Positions 13,273 to 32,717 of a stretch of DNA of 64,000 nucleotides are shown here, in pieces. Numbering within the stretch: position 1 is the first letter of the stretch; every line of letters starts with the position of its first letter. The stretch is from NCBI GenBank assembly GCA_964016885.1, contig OZ024758.1:28148001-28212000 (forward strand), read 5' to 3'. A model generated the notes under the pieces. That model saw only the letters and a program-made list of their open reading frames with translations. It searched no databases and was not told the origin of the DNA. This DNA comes from Eledone cirrhosa (taxonomy: Eukaryota). The position numbers were made by a program, and so were the translations under genes.

Positions 13273-14732
13273 TAATCCTATACCATTCACATTACTCTAT
13301 ATATATTATTGTATTTTCACAGAAAAGGCTTTATCTCACACTAGCAGTGGTACCCGGCGTTGCACGGGATAAGGTATTTTGGAACGCGGGTTGCCAACAG
13401 ACCTAATCGTGGAAAAACTGCATGCCTGGACAATATGTAAAGAAAATAAACCAAATACTCTGATGGCTGGATAATCTTTAAGATTTTCCTCGATGAAGCA
13501 GGAAAAATGCAGGTTTTCATCTAATACGGGCCCTAGGGGATCAAGAAAATGAAATTTTTTTATGTGCATAATATGCCTTGAAATTTCGGGAAAATCGGCC
13601 TCCAAAAAGCCCTAAAAAGCTGAAAAAAATGAAATTTTTCACCTAATGTGGGCCCTAGGCCATAAAAAAGTTGGATTTTCTTTGCTTACGGTATGAAGAA
13701 GAATCTGACTAATATATAGTTACAATTTCAAGGAAATTGGTCTGACGTAACGCCTCAAAACACCCCTAAAAAGCTTTAAAAACGCAGTTTTTCACCTAAT
13801 GCGGGCCCTAGGAGATCAAAATGTTGAACTTTTTTAATGTGCATAACACTCCCTGAAACATAAGTAATACACATGTAAAGTTTGAAAAAATCGGTTGGGT
13901 ACTTCTCGAGTTTTAGGGATTCAAACTCACAGACACACACACAGACAGACAGACATCCTCAGGGAAGTGATGTAATGCAGACAGCCAGACATACAGACAG
14001 ATATTATAAGGGCGTGACCTTATATGTATGTATCTATCTAAAAATAGAAAGACTAAGAATTATAGAAAGAGATCGCTAAAACGACTAATGCGGTCCCTAG
14101 GGCATTGAAAATTTTGAAATTTCTTTTGCTCAGAACACTCCCTGAAACATAAGTATTACATGTGTAAAGTTTGAAAATAGTCGGTTGGGTGGTTCTCGAG
14201 TTTTAGGGATTCAAACTCACACACACAGACAGACATCCTCAGTTTTATATATATAGACTAGCAAAAAACCGCCCAACGTGTGGTTTTCTGCTAGTATATA
14301 TATATTACACACACAGAAATGTATATATATTTCTGTGTGTATATATATATATATATTTCTGTGTGTGTATATATATATATATTACACACACACAGAAATG
14401 TATATATGTTTCTGTAGCACTTCTCAATTCCCCCTCTCTCCCTCCCGCTATCCCCCTCTTGTAGTCTGTCTCTTTCTTTCACTCCCACTCTCTCTCTACG
14501 CGTGCGCAAAAAACATTTGCACGCGTGCACATGTTTCCACTGTCGGACAGACAGACAGACAGAAATTGCTGGTTATATATTATAAGGAGATAATATCGAA
14601 TCTACAAGATTTTGATATGTATTTTGAGAATAATACCTTAATGTCGGTATGAGTGGCTGGTTACAACCAGTTTGAACAGAGAGGTGAGGAATTCTGGCCG
14701 GATGTGGCCGGTTTAAATGCTAAAAGATTGAA
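13273..14732 (+). mobile_element. piggyBac-like MITE split by a Helitron insertion
   Basis: 13273-13340 plus 14591-14732 reconstitute the MITE at 26930-27137 (..TTATCTCACA|TAATATCGAATC..). Confidence 0.8.
13341..14590 (-). mobile_element. two head-to-tail non-autonomous Helitrons (13341-14257 and 14258-14590)
   Basis: On the minus strand each has a 5' TC and a 3' CTAG; the first has the subterminal hairpin CCCGTGCAACGCCGGG; (GACA)n near the 5' ends; inserted between A and T with no TSD. Confidence 0.8.
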
Positions 14733-14899
14733 CACCTTTTTTTCTTTTCTATAGGATTTTAAATGACATTACTTATATTCTTTTTCTATCTTGTAAAAAT
14801 GATTTCACCCTTTTTAATGAAGAAGTATAAAGCAGGTTTTGTTTCCAAACAGTTTAAGTAAAACAAACTTTTCATTTATTAGACTCAAACAACGACTTG

Positions 14900-15470
14900 T
14901 AGGCACCTCTTGACCACTATATCCCAATCCACACAACTATTACACTGAACAAAATATATCCAGCCCACACCGTAAAGTTGTCATGTAGGTGTCATGACAA
15001 AAAGTACCCAGCCCACACTGTAAAGTGGTCATGTAAGTGTCATGACAAAAAGTACCCAGTCCACACTGTAAAGTGGTCATGTAGGTGTCACAACAAAAAG
15101 TACCCAGACCACACTCTAAAGTGGTCATGTAGGTGTTACAACAAAAAGTACCCAGCCCACACTGTAAAGTATTCATGTAGTTGTCATGACAAAAAGTACC
15201 CAGTTCACACTGTAAAGTGGTTATGTAGGTGTCACAACAAAAAGTACCCAGCCCACACTGTAAAGTGGTCATGTAGGTGTCACAACAAAAAGCACCCAGC
15301 CCACACTGTAAATGTGGTTGGTGTTAGGAAGGGCATCCAGCTGTAGAAACCTAGCCAGAAACTGTCTTATACGAGTAAGACATGGTCACCTGACCCAACT
15401 TACCTCAAATGGGAGAACCCGTTTAACCCATGCTAGTGTGGAAAATGGATGTTAAACGATGATAATGATA
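14900..15470 (+). mobile_element. RTE-type 3' UTR/SINE tail with its 48-bp internal unit expanded to about 8 copies
   Basis: CCACACTGTAAAGTGGTCATGTAGGTGTCACAACAAAAAGTACCCAGC tandem at about 14940-15310, then the AGGAAGGGCATCC domain and a GAT tail. Confidence 0.88.
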
Positions 15471-16391
15471 AATTGAGTTAACCGCTCAATATTTTACAGT
15501 TAGAAATTTGAATCAGTGAGTGATAAGCTCTGATATCCAGGAAGAGTGAATAGAAGAATTTGCTTCTTATGATTTTGTTCTTCCCCAAAGCAATGGCAAT
15601 CTAAATGAAAGGAAACAGATCCACTGAGAGTCAAGACTAAGTTAAAAACCTGATTTAATGTGCTGCTTACTTCCTAATATTTGCCTAGATGAGTATGAAT
15701 ATATATGATAAGGAATTTTTTTTTTTAATTAATGATCTCTGAAAAATGGTTCTTATGGCCTCATTTGAAATAAGTTGGTTTATAATCATATTTACTGTAC
15801 TCCAAATACAGGTTATAGACATGCTCAACCCCCCCCCCCCAAATGAGACCTAAATGCTAAAAACCTCAAAGATTGAGAACATTTAATAGCTCTACGGTTT
15901 TATTTGGAAACAGGTTATAATTACGGTATCAGTAAATATGCTAGAGCACTGTTTGATAAAAGATTAAGTTATATATAAAGAAAGTTTGAAATGTAGGACA
16001 GAAACAAAAGGAACAATGAATTAAAGCCAAAAGATAATACTAAATAGAAGGGAAATAGGCCACATAACATTGGAAATTAAATAAATATACTGAGAATAGG
16101 ATTTAACTAGACAAGGATATGATAGAATTTTGGCACATTTTTAGCATGTGCTTATAAATTTAGCTAAAATGTTAATATATTTTCAACTATTTCATCTCTT
16201 TAAACTAAATGGTAGGTCAAGAAAAGTCTTCAAATGAGGCTTTTTAAACATATATTAGAGTTCTTTTATATTTCTTATATCTATTTTGCCATGTAAAATT
16301 AGACTATTTAGCTTTGCATTAATAGATGTTTACATGTAGTTTCGCAGCAAATATTTTTTATTATTGAATATCTAAAGGAATAATGGTTTCT

Positions 16392-16600
16392 CATTTAAGC
16401 ACAAGGCCAGCAATTTTGGGGGAGAGGAAAGTCAATTAAATTGATCTCAGCACGTGACTGATACTTTATTTTATCGAACCCATAAGGATCAAAGGCGAAG
16501 CTAACCTCAGCGGGATTTGAACTCAGAATGTAAAAGGCTGTAACTCTATGCCGCGAAGCAGAGTGTCCAGCACACTACTGATTCTGCCAATTCATCACCA
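16392..16600 (-). mobile_element. SINE family 1, older copy
   Basis: Reverse complement shows the A box, GAGTTCAAATCCC, the central domain and the TGGCCTTGTGC tail. Confidence 0.75.
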
Positions 16601-16717
16601 TAGCTAAATAACATCTCTTTTTCTGCTAGATTGACTAAAGTAAAAGCATTACAGCTAGATTAGTTTACAATGTGGTACTGAAAAATGTTTTACAATCATA
16701 ATTTTTAAACACAAGTT

Positions 16718-17247
16718 GATACGGTGGATTGGCAGTATCGGTAGAGGGTCGGACGCCATGCTTTCCAGCATAGTTATGTCCCTTTACGATCTGAGTTCAA
16801 ATCCCACCGAGGTTGACTTTGCCTTTCATCCTTACGGGGTCGATAAAATAAAGTACCAGTAATTTCATTTCATTTTCATTTCATTTTAGTCCACTTTTCC
16901 CTGCTTGTAAGGGTGGGACGGGAACTGATTCTGGCTTGATTTCTACAGCTGGATGCCCTTCCTAACACCAACCTCATTTACAGTGAGCGCTGGGTGCTTT
17001 TTTGCTGTGGCACCTCCACGACCACTTTACAGTGGAATGATAGAGATCCCAGTCCCTATCATCTCATTTCTACAGCTGAGTAAACTGGAGCAACATGAAA
17101 AAATAAAGTGTCTTGCTCAAGGAAACAACACATCACCCGGTCTGAGAATTGAACTCACAACCTTTCGATTGCAAGGCCAATGCTCTAACCACTAAGCCAT
17201 GTGCCTCCATGGGTAATTGCTGGCCTTGTGCCTAACGTAGAAACAAT
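16718..17247 (+). mobile_element. SINE family 1 with a 19-bp TSD, interrupted by a SINE family 2 copy
   Basis: TAATTTTTAAACACAAGTT at 16699-16717 and 17248-17266; head 16724-16860; tail 17211-17247. Confidence 0.88.
16863..17208 (-). mobile_element. SINE family 2 with an RTE-A-type tail
   Basis: Head matches the 12148 copy; 3' end CCGTCCCACCCTTaCAAGCAGGGAAAAG matches the family A terminus; (TGAAA)n tail. Confidence 0.85.
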
Positions 17248-17298
17248 TAATTTTTAAACACAAGTTCACTACTTTATTTGCTAAGTTTTATACACACA

Positions 17299-17688
17299 CC
17301 AGCTGTGGCCTTTGAGATGTTTGGTGGAGTTGGGCCGCTGACAGCCATCTTCCTGTCATTGCTGGTGGCTCACCTTACTGAGATGTCATGTGATGCCTGG
17401 TTATTTCAGCGCCTTAGCCTCACCATCACCTGTTGCAATGCTGCAATGTATTAGCTTGTTTAGTTAACCCCTAAGGTGTGAGGTGTCTCTGACTGTCGCA
17501 CTTGGTGATGAATTGCCCCCCCCCCCTCTCTTTCCTTTATCATTATTGTTCAATGAATTATATTACTATATTTTTATACACATTGTATATTTATTGTATG
17601 TGTTTATATTTTTTATTCTGAAAGGACTGACCAATTTGTAATGTTATTTATACAACTGTAAATAAAACTTTTACGTTATAAAAAAAAT
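17299..17688 (+). mobile_element. 3' fragment of a CRE-like (RLE-type) non-LTR retrotransposon
   Basis: 17299-17454 translates to PAVAFEMFGGVGPLTAIFL..WLFQRLSLTITCCNAA, resembling the CRE C-terminal consensus P.A.ET.G.WG...FL...QRLS.A.QRGNA; followed by AATAAA and an A tract. Confidence 0.6.
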
Positions 17689-17808
17689 ATATATATAAAT
17701 TAAGATGGATTCAGTAAGAAACTGGTTAGACCATTACTGACCAGAGTACTCAATACTTGGGGTTGTAGAGTATAGTTATATGAAAGAGTTGTGGCCCCCG
17801 ACTCTTTC

Positions 17809-18878
<1,070 letters not shown>

Positions 18879-18880
<2 letters not shown>

Positions 18881-19857
18881 AAATTGAAACAAAATGAAAA
18901 CGAAATTTCATTTCTCACTCTTAGTATGGCACTTACTTAAATGTAAGTATGCATGTATACGTACATACATATATGTATACAGACGTACAGTAGCATGCAC
19001 ATATATATATATATATATATATACATACATATATACATATGCATACAGGTACACATACATATATGCACGTATCAGTTTAGCGGCGCTTATTATAACGTCG
19101 CTTTGTTCGTTTGTAAACAAACTGAACAGCCTGAATTTATGCCATACGGTGTTAAGGCAACCACGTCACCTTTTTGTTCAACACTGACACAGGAACGATG
19201 TACTAGTTTCAAGCTTGTTAGCTATCATCAGCACCGTTTACCCATCTGCCAGATAGTTGAACGTTCGAAAGTATATACTTTCCTTATGAAAATTAACGGC
19301 TGAGCAGCCTAATTTGCATATTGAGTGAGTTAAATCGGTCAGGCATACCGAAAACGATAAACGTCTGTATACATATATGTATGTACGTATACATGCATAC
19401 TTACATTTAAGTAAGTGCCATACTAAGAGTGAGAAATGAAATTTCGTTTTCATTTTGTTTCAATTTATCGTTTTCGGTATGCCTCACCGATTTAACTCAC
19501 TCAATATGCAAATTAGGCTGCTCAGCCGTTAATTTTCATAAGAAAAGTATATACTTTCGAACGTTCAACTATCTGGCAGATGGGTAAACGGTGCTGATGA
19601 TAGCTAACAAGCTTAAAACTAGTACATTGTTCCTGTGTCAGTGTTGAACAAAAAGGTGACGTGGTTGCCTTAACACCGTATGGCATAAATTCAGGCTGTT
19701 CAGTTTGTTTACAAACGAACAAAGCGACGTTATAATAAGCGCCGCTAAACTGATACGTGCATATATGTATGTGTACCTGTATGCATATGTATGTATATAT
19801 GTATATATATATATATATATATATGTGCATGCTACTGTACGTCCATATTTACATTTA
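18879..19857. repeat. inverted, permuted duplication of an unidentified unit of about 480 bp
   Basis: 19362-19468 is the reverse complement of 18879-18985; 19464-19843 is the reverse complement of 18982-19361, with a few substitutions. Confidence 0.92.
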
Positions 19858-25228
<5,371 letters not shown>

Positions 25229-25274
25229 AATTATTCAATCAACCAACTTTCCTAAATTGAATAATATATATAGA

Positions 25275-25770
25275 CTAGCTGGCCCATCCGGCTGACGTCC
25301 AGCTAGGTATACCGGCATTTTATCTTTTCAGGAATCCCCATCCCCCCTACACTCCAGTGCAAAGATACTGCATGCCCTCTCAAGTCAGCGAGGAAGATGG
25401 GGGGGGGGGGGGGGGTTAAGGTGCTCTGATGTTGGCTTTGAATAGTATTTAGGTTCCCCAGTTCAGCAGCCAGTACGTTAAAGAAAGTTGATAGTTACAA
25501 CAATAAAGGCTGAACAGAGAACACATTTTTTAACAAACAATAATTTGTACAACCATAATGGAAATTCCAAGTAACAGAAAATACATAAATTACATTGTTA
25601 GGGCCTCAGAGTATACAATATTTTTTTGTTCGGCCCTCGGGAGCAAAGATGAAGAGATTGTTTGGTATGGCTGCAAACTCTGCTAAGACTATTGCAACCG
25701 CTTGTCAGATTACAGAGTTTGGTTCACTTTTAGGCTATGGCCAGCCACACAAACCTGTAACAGACCCTGA
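25275..25770 (-). mobile_element. Helitron 3' end with a RepHel helicase C-terminal remnant
   Basis: CTAG at 25275 next to a hairpin-like segment; minus-strand translation near 25600-25670 gives NNLFIFAPEGRTK/NIVYSEAL across a frameshift. Confidence 0.6.
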
Positions 25771-26929
25771 ACAAGCAATGCCTGTGCTTTGAAGGTTTAT
25801 TAAGTGGGGAAAGGCCTTGCACTCGACCAACCCCACTCTCTGAGCATCGAAAACACTACCCGAAAAGGAGAACTGATCAACATCATCGGATGCTTCCGAA
25901 GCCACAGGTTTTTTTTTTCAGAGTTTCCCTCTCTTAGAAAGGTGTTGTGACAACAACTGGGGGCCTTTCACTCCCAGGTAAAAAAAAAAAAGTACTATTT
26001 GGATGGCCGTTGACTGTTTTGAGTTCCTGCGTCCTTTGCCAGATCTTGTATTTCATCCCGCAGGGTGTCCAAATATCCCCCTCCTCACCAAGCTAGTGGG
26101 GTTGCCAGTTTTGTCGCCGACGACCATGAGACAGGTTATACTGGCTTATACCAGTAGCACTTGTGAGCGACATGACATATACATAGGTGTACATATAAAC
26201 ATTGAGACAAAGCAGTGAGGACATATGAAATTCACAGGAAAAACTCAAATGTGAGTAACAGTTGCCAAAACAGTCAAATGCCATCATCAACAATAGTACA
26301 GAAGTTGAGCAAAACATCCCTAAGGACAGAAAACAGTGGACAGTGGTTGGTACAGAGAGATGGAAAGTTGTGAGGTGTAGGGGGGGAGGGGGCATGGATG
26401 ACAAGGAAAGAGGAAAAAGGAAAACAAATGAATGACTAAAGTTACAATAAGAGTGGCAATTGAAGTTAAACTTATTGTAACATATAAATATATATATATA
26501 TACATGTGAGGTTATAGTGTAATAGTTCACTATTTTCATTGGTAAGATAAGTTAAGCTTGATGCATTGGTTTTACCCTTCATTTTTCAGGAGCGAGCATA
26601 AACTGGATGGGATATTTTGGCCGCATTGAAATGCCTGTAGCGATGTATAAATAAATAATAAAACTAATCCTTGGTTTTATGGAATTTTGAGTTTTTATAT
26701 ATATACATATATATTGTCCCACCCTTGCAAGCAGGAAAAGCGGATGTAAAATGAAGAAAAAAAAAAAATTACAGCTTGGTTTAGTGGTTAGAGCTTTGGG
26801 CTTACAATTCTGAGTTTGTGAGTTCAATTTGCTATCTTAAATATTTTGTAGATGCAGATCATTTGACTTGAAGTTATTTATATAAGACCTGTAGAAATAT
26901 TCATTTAGGCATAGCAAGAATCTTCTTAA

Positions 26930-27137
26930 CCCTTTAGCATTTACATTACTCTATATTTACTATTGTATTTTCACAGTAAACACTTTATCTCACATAATAT
27001 CGAATCTACGAGATGTTGATACTATTTATTTTGAGAAGAATACCTTAACATCAATATGAGCAGCCGATTATGGTCGATATGAACAGGAAGACGTGAGATA
27101 ATTGTGGCTGGATATGGCAGGTTTAAATGCTAAAGGG
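26930..27137 (+). mobile_element. piggyBac-like MITE (reference copy)
   Basis: TIR CCCTTTAGCATTTA / TAAATGCTAAAGGG with TTAA on both flanks. Confidence 0.88.
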
Positions 27138-27449
27138 TTAAAACATCATTACTAATCTTAAAATTTCATTGAAAATGTAAAAACACAGAAAGTAAAAGAA
27201 TTTCAGGGATGAAGGGGAGAAAGAAAAGAGAGCAACATCTTTAATGAGTTGTGTTACTCTTATGCTAAGTACCATACTAAATTAAACTTATAACAAGCAC
27301 CAATTAAAAGTAAAACGAAGAAAAAAAAAACTCAGGAGAAAATTTCAAGTTCTAGTTAAGAGTTCCTCTATTTTTTCAACATATTTGAAAACAAAGTTTT
27401 ATATAATTTTTAACCTGGTTGCTAATGTGAGGTTGAATAACAACTGCAG

Positions 27450-27655
27450 TCATCATCATCATCATCATCATCACCATCATCATCACCATCATCATCACCA
27501 TCATCATCACCATTTAACGTCTTTTTTTCCATGCTAGTATGGGTTTGATGATTTGTCCCATTATGAGACAAGCCAGATCAGATGACTGTGTCTTGCTCAT
27601 ACAGAAGTGATTCTGGCTTGGTTTTCTACATATTGATGCCCTTCATATTACCAAT
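27450..27655 (-). mobile_element. decayed RTE-type tail/SINE 3' end with a long (CAT)n
   Basis: (CAT/CAC)n followed by TTTAACGTC..CCATGCTAG and GATGCCCTTC. Confidence 0.7.
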
Positions 27656-27819
27656 ATGATCAACTAAATCAAGCTAGTGCTCCAGCATGGCCACAGTCTG
27701 ACTGAAACTACTAAAAGAATAAGAGAAAAATGCATATATACTTATTTAAATAAAACTAAACAGCCTATAGGAATCCCATTTCAGCTGCTATTGCTTGATC
27801 ACTAGATTTTTAGAAACAT

Positions 27820-28063
27820 TAGCCTGACACAGAGGAGGTTAGCTGGACATGCTCACCGACATCCAGAGTTGACACTGCACTCAGTGCTCCTGTGGGAGCT
27901 CCTACATGGACACACTGGAAGAGGAAGACCAAGGTTAACGTATGTTGATGCCCTAAGGACAGACACTGGTCTGTTGGAGACGCAGGACATGGCAGCGATA
28001 ATGAGGGACAGAGACCGCTGGAGAGAACTCGTCCATGGATCTCGGGAATTTTACCCGCCCTAG
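27820..28063 (+). mobile_element. 3' end of another RTE-like LINE ORF2
   Basis: Translation LAGHAHR..VLLW..GRGRPRLTYVD..MRDRDRWR is typical of an RTE C-terminus. Confidence 0.75.
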
Positions 28064-28202
28064 AATAGCCTGAGAAATTAATAATCTACTACCTACTTAA
28101 GAATGAGTTGTATGTAATTTTAAATCTGATGAAGAATGTTATCTAGATAACAACAGTATTTACTGTTGCTTTGAAGATCCTTTTACATTACATGTTGTTT
28201 AA

Positions 28203-28424
28203 CCCTTTAGCATTTAAGCTGGCTGTATTCGGCCAGAATTCTCTGACCTCTTTCTGTTCAAACCAGCCATAACTGGCCCCCTCATACTGACTTTAAGGTA
28301 TTGTTCTCAAAATAAATAATATCAAAATCTCATCGATTCGATATTATGTGAGATAATTATGTAAGGTAAAGCCTTTACCACAAAAATACAACAGCATATA
28401 TAGAGTAATGTAAATGCTAAAGGG
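28203..28424 (-). mobile_element. piggyBac-like MITE
   Basis: Same TIRs and TTAA flanks; reverse orientation relative to the 26930 copy. Confidence 0.88.
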
Positions 28425-29180
28425 TTAACTCCAGGTTAGCCCTGTTTCAGTAGAACTCTGATCAAGGATATTCCAGTCCATGACCTTTGTTTTTCTCTTT
28501 TTCTTTTATGGTGGCTGTGTGGGAATTGCAGGAGATTTGGCTGCAATTTCTAGCAAGTTGTGCAGCCATGAAGAGGCTTATTTAGTAATTATATTCTTAC
28601 GTTTGGTCTTAATTTAGTGAATCTATGCAGCGAGATTTGAACTATTGTCCCCCTGGTTGGTGTAATTAATCATATGACTACATAAACTAACCTCTGGCCT
28701 CATAGGTAAGTGCTACCCCTTGTCCTGTACTAGGCATATTTAACTTCCTTTATTATTGAGACTCATGGTACCAAACTGTTCCGAAGAATACAGTTCTCTG
28801 GGCCCATCTGTACATTGTCAACGACAACAGGATTCTTCATAAATAGTCAGTTCCCAGCTGTTCAATGCTTAGTCCCGTTCAGTTAGGGACCAAAACGATG
28901 TAGTTGCCAACAGATGCTCACTTTAGCCTTTTCAGCCAAAGAGGTGAGAAAGTCATACTCCCATTCGATCCAACAAAGGTTACTTCCATGCATCTTTTCA
29001 GACTATTACAGCAGCCAAACTCATCACACAAACATAGTACAAAATTTCACTTTGATTCTTTGTTGTTTTTCCTGTATTATCATAATAACTTTGATGTAAG
29101 TTATTTCTTAATAAAAATTATTAAAGTAGTGGCATTCGTTATTGTTCATTGAATATTGCTAATGGCAATTTCACTTTCAA

Positions 29181-29384
29181 CCTTTAGCATTTAAATTACT
29201 TTATATTTACTATTGTATTTTCATGGTTTTGGCTTTATCTTACATAATATGGAATCTATGAGATTTTCATATTTATTTTGAGAACAATACATTAATATCA
29301 GTATGAGTGGCTAGTTACAGGCGGTTTGAACAGAAAGAGGTGAGAGAATTCTGGCTGGATATGGCTGGTTTAAATGCTAAAGGG
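29181..29384 (+). mobile_element. piggyBac-like MITE
   Basis: Homologous to 26930-27137; right TIR and TTAA intact. Confidence 0.85.
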
Positions 29385-30189
29385 TTAAGTGGGGGACAGA
29401 AGCAAGAGGAAAGTTTGTCCTGTTTAAATGTGAAAGGGTTAAGGTAGTCTTTGTGTAAGATAGGCTAATAAACATAATATAAGCAGTAAGAGACATAGAA
29501 TTTAATAATTTTCTTAATCATTTATCAACACATCTTAACACATATTTAATTTAAAAAAATGGACAATTTTACAAAATTCTCAAAATACAAATGGGTTTAT
29601 ATTTTGTAATATTCCATTTTAAAAACCAAATACACCTATTAGCTAACTTTTAAAGATTACTGAAGTATCAAATCAATGTTGGTTAAAGTACATTAAGCAA
29701 AGTAGGTAAGAAATTCTGAGTATAGATTTATAATTTTTGACAACATTACATTATGAATGGATAGAACTAAAAGGATTCCCATTTTAAACTCAATGAGAGT
29801 GAAAGTTTGTAACATTTTCAATCAGAACGAAACAGGTGAGATAGATATTGATTACAGAGATAAAAGAAAGAAAAAAAAATCGAACTAAACTACCATTACA
29901 GCTGTTTTATTCATTGTATGAAACAATTAAAATGTCCATTTACATATATTTTATATTCATATTTTGACATTTATTTAAAAATCTGTAACAGGTGTCCTAT
30001 AAAATATGGGTAAAATAAATTATCACAAACAAAGACAGGTTAACACAACCAATGTTCTTGGATCAATCATACTTTTAAATATATCACATTTTGCATATTT
30101 TTAGATAGTTAATAACATATCCCACCCTACTAAAAAAAATGTTTGCATCTGGTATTATAACAACAAAGCACTGTCCATCATTCCTATAT

Positions 30190-30453
30190 GACAGTCATGT
30201 AAAGTGGTTGTGCTGGTGACAATGAAAAAGCACTCAATCCACCCTGTTAGATGGTTGTTTTGGTACCATGATAAAAAGTACCCAGTCCACACTGTAACAT
30301 GGTTGGCATTAGGAAGGGCATCCAGCTGTAGAAACCAAGCTAAAATACAAATCTGTATGAGCAAAACATGGTCACCTAACCTGAATTATCTCAATATGAC
30401 AATCTGCCTAACCCATGCAAGCATGGGAAAATAAATATTATGATGATGATGAT
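30190..30453 (+). mobile_element. decayed RTE-type tail/SINE 3' part
   Basis: 48-bp-like units, TTAGGAAGGGCATCCAGCTGTAGAAA, ACCCATGCAAGCATGG, (GAT)n. Confidence 0.8.
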
Positions 30454-31016
30454 ATTAAATTCTAGTAAAATACTTTATAATACATTTTGATAATTAATAA
30501 TTATACCTCAGTAGTCTGTCCATATTATTCAAATCCTGTACAGTTAATGATTAATTCTATTTTGAAGATTTGAGATAGTTTGATTGCTCTCTCTTCATAT
30601 TTAAACATGGTAATTTAAATTTTTGATTTATGTATTAAAGTAACATTACATTTTTAATAAGTATTATCTTTCAAATTATCCTTACGGAATTTTGTTTCAT
30701 AGCTAACTTTTGTAGAGTAAATACATTGTCAATCATCTAACCAATACCACAACCATACTTCCATTCTTAATAATCCATAAGAAAAAGAATTATTTTCCTC
30801 ATATTTAATGTCAAATTCTAAAAGCATGAAGTAATCAATAATTTTATATTTTTGAAATCCATTACAAAGCCCCGACATATCTTAACATAGAAAACTATTT
30901 CTATATCAGACACGACTATTTCTATATACTGTTATGCTGAACAAATAACGATCTACCTCTTGCAAAATAATATTGTATACCAACGGTATTATCTACCTCT
31001 TTCTTCAATGAAAGTA

Positions 31017-31365
31017 TAGTTGTCCCCTGATATTAGCATGGGTTACGTTCCTAGAGCCCCCACGAAGAGTGAAAAACCACAAATATTGGTCATGGTCCAT
31101 GAAAATGCCTAATAAACATCAAAATGTAACGTAAGATATAATAAAAAAAGGGGGAGCGTCTAATAGGCTGGCAAATATGGTATATTGTTATTAATGATTT
31201 AGCGTTAAAAAAAATATATATATTTCCATGAAAAAAAGCCATTAAAAAATCGTGGAAGATATTTACGATTCCACGAATATGTGGTGGTTTCCACGAACAA
31301 TTATTAGTTAGGTTCTAAGGAAAATTCCGCGAATAACCGGGACTGCGAATGCCAGGGGTACACTG
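31017..31365. mobile_element. Tc1/mariner (Tigger/pogo-like) MITE
   Basis: Imperfect TIRs tAGTTGTCCCCTGATATTAGCA / TGCGAATGCCAGGGGTACACTG with TA flanks. Confidence 0.65.
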
Positions 31366-32717
31366 TACTTCAAATATTCTCTGCTGGAGATCTGACAACC
31401 TAGTGATAATTAGTCAAATTTTAAACATTATTATTTTTCTGCCAAAACTTTAATCTTAAAGGACCAATTTTCAACTCATGGTAAGACATATAACCCCAGC
31501 GACTTCTGGAAATTTCTTGCTTTGAATTGCCAAAATTGACTTTCTTTAGAGACAAGAAGTTTATTAGTCTTGAGCAGTTAACAATAGTCTAAAATATTTG
31601 AGTCAAGTTCTCTGTTGAATGATGTATCTGAATCTGAGATGCTAGTCAACATTGAAACAAGTTATTTTTACCAACAAACCCATCTATATTGATGACCTTT
31701 ACATCTTTGCTTGCCATTTGGCTATTTGTAACTTTGCTTATTTACCATACTAATCATCTCAGTTTTTCCAAATGTTCATGCTGTACTCCATCCATACTTA
31801 AAATTGCCTGATATTATTATATATATAGTCTCTTTGTAATTTCCTACTACATCTAGCTGCCTAGGTCCTTTAAAATCCTTATAGGCTATGAGAATACCCT
31901 TTCTCTTTTGAGATAATAAAAACATTTGGAATTTTTACATCCATTAAAAAAAATAGTGCAAACCAGCTATTTGTTAAATTGGCAATCTCTAACTATACAT
32001 AACTATACATTACTTCAAAACACTAGCATGCTGTGCCTACCTTCTGTTTCTTCAGTCTTAATAGGAACTGTTGCTCTGACCTTATGTAATAAATGTCATC
32101 CCTATTTTAAGCATTTCATACTTGCCTCTTCCAATGTTGACACATACTGTGTTAATTTTCTAAAGTTTTTAATATTAAAAAAAACTGTCAAATCCCGTTT
32201 CTCTAATATCTATTCTTCAGGAATACTTTCTCTGCTCAGTATAGCTGCACTAAACATTAACCCTTTCATCACCATATTTCTTTCTAATGAAAGACATTGC
32301 CTATGATATTGAAAATAATCAAGAATTTGGAGGGATTCAGTAATATAACTTTCTCATTATTAAATTGGTGTTTGGAACAATATATAAATATACAGTCTGT
32401 TCACTTTTTATGCGAACTGGAAGTACGCGAATTTGCTTTAGCGCCTCTTGAAAAAATATCAAATATTCACTTTGTGCGAATAATGCGCTATAACGCATGT
32501 GGTTTTTAATTTTTTTATAAATCAGATAATTAAACTTGAATTACACGAATTTGCTTTATGTACTGCGTCCACAAATGCATCTATGTGTAAAAAACGAACA
32601 GCCTGTATGTAGATTCCCTCTTTGTGTCAGAGGAGTAAAAAAGGTACTCAATACATTGGTAGAGTATAGGCATCTTTATTATATATATATATATATGGGT
32701 GTGTGTGTGTGTATGTA

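Noticed and set aside
28125-28160. CTGATGA hammerhead-like core
   Set aside because: No intact GAAA box or convincing stems.
30480-32250. AT-rich non-repetitive stretch as a possible gene or large-transposon remnant
   Set aside because: No motif or sustained frame that I can recognise.
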